Assembly (NCBI RefSeq): GCF_964355755.1
Contig: NC_092674.1
Coordinates: 21,142,001 to 21,206,000, forward strand
Length of the DNA: 64,000 bases
Reading direction: 5' to 3'
From: Antedon mediterranea
Taxonomy: Eukaryota > Animalia > Echinodermata
In this document: piece after piece, positions 1-24,300 of the stretch
Layout: each line of letters begins with the position of its first letter
How positions within the stretch are numbered: position 1 is the first letter of the stretch
Position numbers and translations under genes: made by a program
The notes under the pieces: generated by a model
The model's input: only the letters and a program-made list of their open reading frames with translations
Told to the model about the DNA's origin: nothing
The model's database searches: none

Positions 1-915
1 CATATTCTTAAACCGGACTTTAGTCGTAGTTCGAAGTTCGACTTGGAAAAGTCGTAGTTCGAGCTATTACTTCAAATTCGATTCAAAAACGAAGTAGTCG
101 AAGTTTGCAGTTCGACTTAATGAAGTCGAGCTTTTAGTCGAGTTGCACACGTCTGGGTAACAAAGGCTATACATTGGCCAATGACAAGAGAGTATTGAGG
201 AGCAGACGAAATTTTGCGCATTGATATCACTTTCCATTTCTTACAACACTTTTTACGCATCAGGACTATACATGAAAAATAATTTTAATCGTTAATTATT
301 AGAACAATATCAGTATTAATTTAACAGTGAAGTATATTTGATTAACAACAAATAAAATCTTAAAAATATATTTAGGAACCATGGCGGTACGGTAACTTTT
401 ATATTTTCTAGGCCCCCAACAAAGTATGATCGCCACGAACCACGCACTTCATAGCGTGACAAGAAAGTGCTAGGCCCCCTAAACATTCCATCGCGTGGTG
501 AATTGCCGCATCTCCCATTGTCGCTATGGCGTGACGTAGCTCAAGTCGGACTTGCGCGAAGAAAATAATGTAATTTGTATACAGTTGTAAATAAAGATGA
601 TTTTCATTATTATAATTTATACCAATGTAATTAAGCTAATATAAATATAGATATTTCATTCTTCAATATCTGGCCAATATAACAACTCAAAGACTGATTA
701 CGTTTTTTATAAACATCGTTTAAAAACCATTTAGTCGACCATTTAGTCTGCCCCCTCCAGGACTAAAAAAATCGATCAAAATCCGTCTCGATTTAGTCGA
801 GGTTGGCCTGATTTAGTCGGTGATTTAGTTGAAGTTCGGTTTATGAATTAAAATGACGTCATTTTTTTAGTTTTAGCTCGAACTACGACTAAAGTCCGGT
901 TTAAGAATACGGGCG
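1..915. mobile_element. Non-autonomous TIR element (PIF/Harbinger-like MITE), copy 1, in a GK5 intron; left end clipped by the window
   Basis: TIR (CGCCC)GTATTCTTAAACCGGACTTTAGTCGTAGTTCGA at both ends; near-identical inverted copy at 45942-46870. Confidence 0.85.
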
Positions 916-1106
916 TTAATCTGTGAATGTTAAATGTTAATTAAAAAATTAATCACTTTTTCCAGAAATGTTTAAAAGGATGTTTCTTTTTCCAATGTAA
1001 AACAAAACTATTTTTTCATTTCACCAATTTTTCATGTGATTTTTTTTCTTGTGATCTGAGGTTACAGATTGAATTTTTTTTTAGAATAACTTTGTTGTTT
1101 TTGCAG

Positions 1107-13041
<11,935 letters not shown>

Positions 13042-13429
13042 ACATATGATCAGTATAAGCATATTGTGTGTAAAGCAAAACAATGCAATATTAAACAATT
13101 ATAATTAATATTAAATATAATTGATAAATATTAAACTTATAAAGCAGACGCTACTTTAAAGGGTAGTTCCGGGTTTTGAAATGTAATGTACAGTAGCATC
13201 ACAAAGAACATGTTTAAGCCGAAGGCAGATGTGCAGGTCGACTACAAGCCAATATTCAAACAATGGGGCAAGGCAGTCAAGAGGTCAATGAACTGGAATG
13301 AATCTGTATAAACATATGATCAGTATAAGCATATTGTGTGTAAAGCAAAACAATGCAATATTAAACAATTATAATTAATATTAAATATAATTGATAACTA
13401 TTAAACTTATAAAGCAGACGCTACTTTAA

Positions 13430-13531
13430 AGGGTAGTTCCGGGTTTTGAAATGTAATGTACAGTAGCATCACTTTTGAAATCAGTTTAAAAGTGAAAGTT
13501 ATTATCAATGTTGTTACAAATAAGAAACATT

Positions 13532-13568
<37 letters not shown>

Positions 13569-13847
13569 ACATCAGGCAATGAACATTAATTCTAAACCGC
13601 CCGGTGATATACTGAAATTTAATTAATTAATTTGAAACGATAAAGATGAGGAAATCTGTGAGAATGAGAAAAAGTCGCCCCAACCGAGACTCGAACTCGG
13701 ACCGCCTGCTTGATATGCAGATGTCCTAACCATTAGACCACTGGGGCGTTTATATATATATATATATATATATATAATAATATTATTAATATTAACACAT
13801 TATTGTTTTATAAGAAACAATAGACATTTTAAACCTGGCACTACCTG
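13430..13847. mobile_element. Kolobok-like MITE (TTAA TSD) in the GK5 3' region
   Basis: TTAA|AGGGTAGTTCCGGGTTTTGAAATGT ... ACATTTTAAACCTGGCACTACCTG|TTAA, an imperfect TIR pair. Confidence 0.65.
13676..13747 (-). tRNA. tRNA-like cloverleaf with anticodon ATC (Asp); probably a SINE head or pseudo-tRNA
   Basis: 72 nt: GCCCCAGTGGTCTAATGGTTAGGACATCTGCATATCAAGCAGGCGGTCCGAGTTCGAGTCTCGGTTGGGGCG. All four stems pair, A and B boxes are present, and ACTTTTT follows. A32 and the ATC anticodon are atypical. Confidence 0.55.
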
Positions 13848-16800
13848 TTAAAAGAAATTGTTCTTATTAAATGCCTCGCTATAGTCATCTTAACAATACA
13901 GTAGTTTGGTAATGTACAATTTATGGTGTTTTTGCTTTGAAGAGCTAATCTTAAAATAGTTTCTTAAGATCTAGTTTGAAAACCTTGGTTACATTTTTCA
14001 ACAACCAACAACATGATTAATTTACTACACATTTCTCTACATTCCTGTGCATATATAATATAACTTGAATCTTAATAGAATTGTAGACACAAATTCATTG
14101 TACTTTATATGCATCTCTCTCTATATATTCTATGCAATAAAGTAGGTGCACAAATGTATTCATTTGTTGTATTTCAAAGTATGGTGGCCCATAAGTTCAT
14201 GGCAATATTATATTTTGAGAAAAATAATATTGCTGTAAACAAATTGTTATCAATTTAAGGGCCACCGTAAAGAGCACAGCTAACACAATTTTTTACCGGT
14301 AATTTTTTAACATTTTGCTGAATGATAAAAAACATATAATATATATAATATATACATTCCTTGTACAGAAACATAAAAAATAAAAAGTATTACCGCCTCA
14401 ATGTAAATGAAAATAATAGAATAAATCCCACATGTCTTTTGCAAGTTTATATTAGCTGGTTCTGTAATGAACCTTAAATATAATAGATTTAACTATAAAG
14501 TAATTTTTAAAGAAAATTACATCCAGTCTTAAAATTCCTTTTTTTATTTAAGCAATATTCATTAAAAGCATTGGGTAAATATAGTAGAAATTGTATTTTC
14601 CCAAATAAATTGTACAGCTAATTTGATTTATACAGTACTTTTTTTCTACATGAATGAGTTTGCTAGTTATTTTGCTAGACTACAACAATGCCCTGTAACG
14701 TCCACTTTTTGTTACTGCCTACTGTATCTTTTCAATTCTGAATAAAATGAATAAATGATGTAACATTTTTTATTAATAAGATTGCAAATCCTTTCATAGT
14801 TTGTTTCAATTGTAAAACTGGAATTACCCTCTTTCTCAGCTTGACTTCCACCTACATACCCATTGCTCAGCAATACTTTTTAATCTGTTAAATGTTTATA
14901 GTTCAATAATTGTTAACATGCTTTGTGAGAAGCAATATTCGTATTTAAATTCAGCCACCTGTATACAAAATATGCAAATAATATAAATATAAATTAAATA
15001 TTTGAATATATAATCCATTAAATGTATGAAATCACCATTTTTTTCGGTCTACTTCAAGAAACTTTTGTTTTAATGTAGTACACGATGTTACGTAATATTT
15101 TTTAGGTGATCCGCAATTCTGCAGATCACCTGATGTGTTATAATGCAAGAAATGCAAATGTTAAACATTGTTTTTGTACAAATTGCTGTACATTCAAACT
15201 TATTTAGTTTCATTGTGTTTAAATTGAATGTTAGAATATAATTAGAATATATTAAATATTTTGTTTTTATTTTGTATATTTTGCACAAAAATTGCTTTGC
15301 TTTCTTCATAACTTGTAATTTTGAAAAATGTTAAACATTGTTTTTGTACAAGTTGCTGTACATTCAAACTTTTATTAGTTTCATTGTGTTTCAATTTGAA
15401 TGTTATTGTTAGAATTTAATTAGAATATATTAAATATTTTATGTTTTTATTTTGTATATTTAGCACAAAAAATGCTTTGCTTTCTTCAAAACATGTAATT
15501 ATTTTTGGTTACAATGTTAGAGTATGTTTTTGTGATTAAGCGCTACAACAGTTTACAAGGGAAAATTCCACAAATTAGCAGCTATTCTTACCTTAAATAA
15601 TCACCTTAACTCTACCATGTTTAAGTATACATGCTGAAAACATTTTCATCATTGGCTGAAGATACTTAATGCACTTTGTCTGATGCGTTTTCATTAAAAA
15701 AAAAAGTTTCAACATGTTGTATCTTTGGTTAAAACTGATTTCCATTAGGCCTACCGCTTTTTTTTAACACATTATTGTAATTTGTTTTTTTTATTGAAAT
15801 ATATGGTTACGTTTATCAGGTTTATGTATAATATTCCGTATTTTGTATATAAAAAAAAATAAAAGGTGTGCGAAATTGGGAAAATATTATCCAATGAGGC
15901 TGGTGTACACATAGAGATGGTGGTCATAAATGTATCTATATTTATCCAATAGGGCTGGTGTACACATAGAGATGGCAGGTGGTCATAAATGTATCTATGT
16001 TTATGAATCGTATAAGTCAATTTATGAATATCTTATTTATGAGAAAATATATTTAAACTATTGTTTATGATCGTCAGTAATAGATTTCTTTTTTTCACCT
16101 AAATACTAATACTAAATTCTACTGTATGAGTTGATGCATACCTAATGTTTGAATAATAACAAATAAAATAAATAATTAAAATTACATCTTTAAAGCTTGG
16201 TTTTCACTCGACTGCAACGACGTAGGTTGACCAATTATAACATTTTGGATGGTCCATCTGGTCGTTATTGGTCAAATTACTTGCGGTGCGGTTACGTCCT
16301 TGCGTTATGTCCGAGTGGGAAAGTTAACGAAATTGGTTTGCACCATTGTTGTTAATGTAGTGTGTGATTGGGTAGGTTTACACTGAATGTGCATTTTACA
16401 GTAATGTTATTACTTCTAATGTAAGTAACCATTTTAGAGAAAGAATATTATAGTATTGCAAAATGTATAATATAATAATTTAAAATTATTTATGATTTTA
16501 AAATTCGTATTTATAAATGTGTATTTATTTAAGAATTGTCCATCATTTGAGTACTGGCATAGATTGCTTAAATCGATAGGATTAATTGAAACGTATTGTA
16601 TAATGGTACCATATACGCTATATTATTATACAAACCTTCGTTTATAGAACACTATATTCCTCCATCCATGATCCATCAGTTCATAGGCAATCCGCTAATG
16701 TATCGGTAATGATGTTCTTAATTTATTTGGGAACTGATTTTATCATCACAATTCTGTCAGGATTTTCTTAGAATCCTGGATTTTATGGTTGCGGCATTGG

Positions 16801-18316
16801 GAATTGTATTGTCGAGATGTCTCTGAAATCCCACTAGATTTTATGGTAGCAGCATTGGAATTTCATTTTCTAGATATACCTGAAATCCTGCTGAATTGTA
16901 TACTTACAGCATTGTAATTTGTATTGTTGAGATATACTTGCAATCGATAAATATGCATATTAATTTGATTATAATAGAGAGGGTGTGTTTGTTTATCAGT
17001 CAAAGAAAATATTGGGAGTTGAAAAATGATTTATCTATGAAGTATTCTTTAACTTAATTCATGAGGTATATCTACGAGGCCTATTCATAAAGGACCAATC
17101 ATCAAATGTTTATGGTCATTTTGTGAATGCATACTATTGAACAATAGAATAAATGATGGCTGAACAGTGACTGTACAGTACTATACTCAAATAATTGTAC
17201 AGTAGTAATACATGACTAGTTATGTTATTTCAGAAGTGTTTAAAAATCTTGTTTAACTGTATTGTAAGGAGTATTTTTGTATACTAATAAAATTACACCA
17301 CCTGCTAAAATTGTTTATTTCATTATTGTCCCCTTGAATAATGTTGTTGAATCAATAGGCCATTTTAATTTCACACAATAGTTATTCACATTCGGATATA
17401 TTTGAGAGAAGGATTTGTTATCAATCTTACATTAAATCGTAAAATGACCTTTGTCGTAACAATTCCTGTAGTACTGAAATTTGCGAAGATCTCATTATGT
17501 TTTCGAAAAATGAGCAGAATATCGACTTTTCCAAATATTATATTGAGGTAACATGAGCAGAACACATGTGCATCTTTGCATGCCAAACAAAAATAATATT
17601 TATTGAGGTAATATGCCATTTTTTTTTATATAACTTCCATAAAGGAATTTCAACCCTTTTATTTTTTGACATAACTGGTTACTATATCATAATCTGGGAT
17701 GCATATAATATTTGGAAAAGTTGATATTCTGCCCATTTAAAAAAAACAAGTGACTTTGGGGTTGGATCAACAGGCTTAGCTAGAGTGATTAAGTTCACTT
17801 AGGTTGACCCTGTTCTCCCCAATTTTTAGTTTCTTTTTTAATGTATACTGAAATAGACCGAATAAATAATGAAATGATTGAATGAATTCATTCATATTTA
17901 TTTAGTTATCGTTTATAATACAATTTCGGTACATAATTAAGAAGTTTACAATTCTGTTTTTGCAAGACCTTTTTATATAAAACAAAGATAATACACAACA
18001 TAATATAATAAAAGTAAAAAAGAAACGTCATTTCCTATATATACAATTCAGTGTTGTTCATCAGCATAAAGCGATACATTTTTCAACATGTTTATGTATA
18101 CATTTATTTAAAAATATAGAATTCAGCGAATATTCCAGAAGTTGCAAGTGTTTTAATCTTGGATTTCTATTGTACACTTATTAAACAATACAATCCAATT
18201 AAAACAAAGCAGTGTGATGACAGATGAACGAGTACCGTTTGGTGGCAGCACTCACCCTGGAGTGAGAGGCTAGCAGCATTGGTAGCTGAAGTATTTCTGT
18301 ATATTATTACTATCTC

Positions 18317-21300
18317 TCAACTACCCTTTTTGTCTGTGCTAAACATTTTTTCCTTTTTTAGATTGCTCATCTGCTTCTGACTTAAAGACCTACAAACAAA
18401 AATTTAAAAATACAAATACAACATTAACCATTTCTACTGCAGCCTTGTCTAGACTATCAAATAAAAATAAAGACAGCATTCTTGAGTTATGATTGTTTGC
18501 AAATTTTTCCATGTCACAAATATTTGATGATAATAGTATTACACATGTGAATTAGTAAACACTTTTGATTCACACAAATAAATTCGGCTAGTAGAAAAAT
18601 GGCTTAAAGATGTATTGTCCCCCAAAATTATGAAAAATAAAGATTTTTAAAATCGGACTTTGAATAGGCCTTGCAGTTTTAATGAAGTTGTTCACTTCCA
18701 TAAGAAAAAAAACAGGGGAAACAAATTATTTCACCTATAAAAAGACAAAATAAACAGTTTAATTACCCAAAAACTCATTGTCTTCCAGACAATTTGACCA
18801 TTTTTTGCTTTAAATTACATTTTTCTCAGGTAAATTAATTTTTTTCAGACCCAATTTTTTGTGAGAGTGAATAACTATTATGTGACATTAAAATAACATA
18901 TTCAACAAAAAAATTAAAAAAAAATATTTTTTTAGGGGGACAATATATCTTTAAGGGTCCCTTCATGTCGTATAGCTGGCAACAAACGGCGCTGATTCGT
19001 CTGTGTGACCCTTTGTTGTTATGTGTGCTGAATGTAAGTACTGTACTGTAAGTAAACAATCTTTCCACTCACCTAATTGCGTACTGTGGTACATTAGATG
19101 CAAACAAAACAAATAGCTGATATGGCTTATCATCAATAGCATATGCTTTGTAGTCCGGTCCACATATATATGTTTCTTTAGGCGTGTGTGTGAAAGGTAT
19201 GCTGACTTCTGAGTCTGCAATAAATAATATTACCAATGCCATGCCAATGCTTTTTATAGTGAACTCTGACTTTTAACATTTGACCTACTAAATTATCAAT
19301 TCTTTTCAATTAATTAATTTTAATAATTAAAATTATTGTTCATTTTGGTATAGATATGTACATGTTTTTATCCACGAAAACTACTATTAAGGGGACAATT
19401 TTTTTTTTTTTTATTAGTGTCCCAAAAGTGTCTCCATAAGCTACTGTATTTGATAACCATTTATTATTTAAAAATTACCCAAAACAAAGCAATGTCATAC
19501 CTTGTTCAACATCTTGTTTTACTAGTGGAAATATTGTACCAACAGTATTTCTATAAAAACATGACAACAGTTCAAGTCGTCGTTCATAACTAGGTAATTT
19601 ACTTGCTGGAATTGCTGCTGTTGGTGGAAACTGGACCGTTGATAAGCATTTCTTCTGAACGTAGTTGATAAATAAAAAGCTGGAAAATATAAAAAAAATA
19701 TAATGTAATGATAAAATGTCAAGCCCACAGCCTGGGGTTCATAGTGTTCAAATGTCAAGCCCACAGCCTGGGGTTCATAGTGTTCAAATGTCAAGCCCAC
19801 AGCCTGGGGTTCATAGTGTTCAAATGTCAAGCCCACAGCCTGGGGTTAATAGTGTTCAAATGTCAAGCCCACGGCCTGGGGTTCATAGTGTTCAAATGTC
19901 AAGCCCACATACTGGGGTTGGATTCATAGTGTTCAAATGTCAAGCCCACAGCCTGGGGTTCATAGTGTTCAAATGAAAACCGTGTTCTTTCTAGTAAATT
20001 GGCATAGCTCATGACAATTTTTTTGGCCAATCCTAACTAGCCAGTAAATAAGTATCTCTTCTTCAGTAGTTTCCTTTTTGGCCCTACATGTGCAGTAGTG
20101 CTTGTACTCCATAGCTTTTGGAGGTGTGTTTTCATAACTATGTCTTGTGTATGTTAACATCTTTGATTGGCTGATTTATTTTATTATGTAATTTTGTGAC
20201 TACTATGTTATCCTTTGTTACAATTCTCTTCACCTGATGATGGGCTAACATGCCCGAAACATGCAAAATGGCCAATTGTATAGCTAGGCCAAAATGTCTT
20301 TGTGCCCTTAATTTTAAGGACTTTCATGATTTTTTTTTAAGCATATCAATCAAAACTTATTCCTTTTTGGAAACCCTTTGTTTACTGCAAACCTAACTTC
20401 ACTAGCCCTGCAGTATTTCACTATCCCTGCAGTATTTCACTAGCCCTGCAGTATTCCACAAGCCCTGCAGTATTTCACTAGCCCTGCAGTATTTCAGTTA
20501 AAATTATGCAACAAAAACATGCATACCACATGTATTATTCTTACCCTATAACACCTTGTTCTATTGCAAAACTTGACGAAATACTCTTTGTTCCCATATT
20601 TAAACATGCTCTCATTGGCTCCATGTGAGGCAACCAACATGCCTCTACTAACTGTGATTTGACCGCATCTAATGACGGCGATGGCCCGCATAGTACACTC
20701 ACGACCAATCCACTAAGAAGATGTATACTTAATAAACGGTGTGGAATCTATAAGAAAAAATACACATAATAAGAAAAAAAGCAAAGTAATCTAATTAATA
20801 ACATTAGTATATATATATATTAGTATATAGGGCATTGTGGTCGACGTTGGATTACTGATCGCGAGTTTGAATCCAATTTTCACTGCACTGCTTGTATCCT
20901 TAGGGAAGACACTTTACTTACAATGGCCTCTCTCCACCCAGGTGTATACAATGGGTAACCCGGTTAGATCAAGACACAAAATTGCGCTGATTACTAGCTG
21001 CATTATAGGAGAATTTTTCCATGTGATTGAAAAAATATCCGGGGTAATAAGGTGAAGCACTTATAGAAGCATTGTGAGAATAAGCGCTACAGTATATAAG
21101 AAAAAATGTTATCTTATTATTACCATAAGTATTTTTTGTGTACAATATAAATTCCATTTATATATTATATTATTTATATATTTTCCTAAATCCTGAATTT
21201 AACAAGAGCGTCAGGTTTATGCTTAACAAAAACAAATCATCTCACATTTGTTTGAAGTCAATTTTTTGTCCTATTTCTTTCTTAAATCGTGCATTCCATT

Positions 21301-24300
21301 AGATAAAAAGAACTTTGATAAAAAGCCCAGTTTTTTTACCTAAGCACTCCTTAGCAATCTTTTTTCAAACACAAACATTGGTGTGTACTGCAATCTCACT
21401 CTTTCCTGATGTACTTGAATAAAACTGTATAACCTCTATTTTAGGGGTCCACCCATTTATTTTGACACTTTCATATAAAACAAATGAGGGGCTTATTATT
21501 ATTTTAACAATATGGCCAACAACTATATATACACATATAAAGAGAAGACTCCTACAGTAGTGAGGAGACACTTTGTTGGGTCCTAAAGGTGTCCCCTTAA
21601 TAGGGTTCTATTGCACCGTATGGAAGTACCTTAGGACTTGCATCTGGAAGATAAATTGGCACATCCGACGCCGTGTTCTCAGGAAGAGTTCTTATAAATG
21701 TAGCCAAAAGGTTAAGTTCAAATCCAGTGAGGGTCCACCATTTATTAGTTGCACATACAAGTAACCCATTTGAGTGAACACAGCCATGTGTACTGCCTGC
21801 TGAATTCACAAACACTTCCAACGGATCCTAAATAGTGAATAAAATGTGTCTTATATTACATGAAGGGAAACTCTATTATAATAAATATAATTACTGTCGT
21901 TCGACAGAGGTCTTTCATCATTAAAAATATTCATAAAATTGAGGTAATTTACAATTAATATACAAGTTATAAGCACATTTTTAAATATTTTTTCTTTTAT
22001 TTGTTAAAATACTTTAAAAAAATAACTTCACTATGAATAAAATTACATACATTTTCTGTCATGATGTTTGAAAATTTGTAAAAATTTAAATTCATAATTT
22101 TTTACTGTGTATTAAATTTGATATTTCAATAAATTTGTATAAAATTAATATTTGTTTATAATACAAGATGTCAACAATATAAATACTTACCTGAAGTAAA
22201 TTACTGTCTGGAAAGAGGCTAACATCAACAGAGTTTGTAAGACCACCAAGGAATTCACAGTCATTCAAAAGTGAATCAACAACCGCATAACAACACTAAA
22301 AAGTTTGACAGAGAATCAATTTTATTTATTTATTTCTTCATTACTGGGTGAATTCTTCAGTAAGACAATTGAGTGGGCCCATTACACAACTTCTATAACA
22401 ATACCAGATTCCCAGTGATCCACATACGACAATATTTGCCCAGTATGAAATACAGCATCTCATATTAATGTAAGATGCTTACCAAATTTTTCTATGATAC
22501 TGGGGAAATGTAGAGTATTGACAGTCAGATGCAATTAATTACAACCTGCCATTAAATCAAAGTTCAGTACTTGATAAAGTAAACTGCTCTGTGGCTGACA
22601 TAGGAAATGAATAAATGAAAGCAACCACTGTCATGAAATACTATACTACTGTACTACCAGTACAACTAGTCCCTAGCGGTCGTAGGGCTGCTTCGCAATG
22701 CATAGAATGTCCTGGACATATATACCTGATGGAGCCCATCTTTCTCAAGCCTGTGTGCCAGTGGCTGTGGTAAATAGTACACCAAGGCAATACTTTAAAG
22801 TGCACACAAGCATTTTTGTGTACCTACTGTCTATAGTCCTTATCTAAGAAAACTTGTTCTTCCACCAGAACCATGGAGTGAGCCTTTGGTTTAAGTTTTA
22901 CAGTTCCACTGTCTTAACCAGTCACTCACTATACTCTACAGCATACCAAAGTATATGTTTTTTTAATATAATTTCCCTTTATTGTTTGTAAAAATTTTAT
23001 GAATCCTAATATTTAATTTTTTTTTATGGGACCTCTGGCATCATCACAGTTCACCATTTCTATAGAAATTTTTATAGAATTTTACCTTTAAGTCTTTACG
23101 CAGACGTTCAACATTCTTTATATTTTCTAAACTATCCAAACCAACAAAAAACACCTGAAAAAAAAAAAAAAAACTGTTAGGCCGTACAGCTACAATATGT
23201 CAAAACTACAGGATGGATCTTTATCATGATTCTTTATGGCGGGGTTGTAACTCTTGCTCTTATTGATATGTAAAAACTACAGGATGGATCTTTATCAGGA
23301 TTCTTTATGGCGGGGTTGTAACTCTTGTTCTTATTGATTTTACCTACAGTATAATTATTCTATATTCTTAGTTACTAAAACTTCCATTAAAATGATATTG
23401 TTTTTTAGGTTCAGTCTTGATCTAAGACATATTTTCGACATTTTGCATGCATTCCATGTTTTCACCAATACACTCACTGCATTGTAAACAGGAAACAGTC
23501 TGTACATGATAATGAAAGTGTATAGTCACCATTGCATTGAAGATGTTCTGTAGTAAATTCAAGTAATGACAATCCTCGCTATCATCATCATCCACAACAA
23601 CAATCAGGGTAATACTGGAAAAATAAAAAATGATTATATAATTTGGTGCAATAACTTGTCAGGAGATTCATCAAATACAATTTGAATTTGGTGAATCCTA
23701 ATTATGGTTAGTGACGTTTAATAAAAAGAGTTTCGGTAGAACACGGTTAACTAGAAAGCTTCACAAAACACTTTTTTTTATTGCCTGTAAAGATTAAAAT
23801 TTAGCTACTAATATTAAAAAGGTTGAGTAGTTTAATTTATTATAATCATTCTTGATATAATAATTATAATGTTACAGATGTATTCATATTAGTATCACAT
23901 CGTGGAATCACTGACAATCTGTATTTTGCTTAAAGATATGATTCTTTTGTGTAATGAAGTATATATGTAGCTTGGTGGTTAACATGCTTGCCTTCCAATT
24001 CCAAGAGTCTAATCCTCATCTATTGCCAGGGTTGTAAATTCACAACTATTATAATTATAATCCAGTCCTCGAGACTTGCTTTAGTAGTAGTACTTTAAGT
24101 TGTTGTATGGATGCTGGTACCTTTAGTTAAATGGCTTACCTGTCCGAGAAAACTTTCCATAGGACGCGCGAGTCAGTGGTTGTACTTTGTAACTCAACAT
24201 CATGATTCTGTGCAAACATCTGTACGCCATATAACATGCCAATTTCAGCAAAAGCCAGCTGAAAATGAAACCAAATAATTAAAAGCCTTCTTTGTATGGT

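Noticed and set aside
19714-19975. 36-bp repeats resembling CRISPR repeats
   Set aside because: The units are contiguous with no unique spacers, there are no cas genes, and the array lies in a spliceosomal intron.
19680-21629. Apparently missing FUZ middle exons
   Set aside because: Found as a single exon at 20747-20545 (IPHRLL...LCGPSP), so the gene is complete.
22660-22930. Nin/Deu-domain-like SINE remnant on the minus strand
   Set aside because: The resemblance is from memory only and too degenerate to define boundaries without a search.
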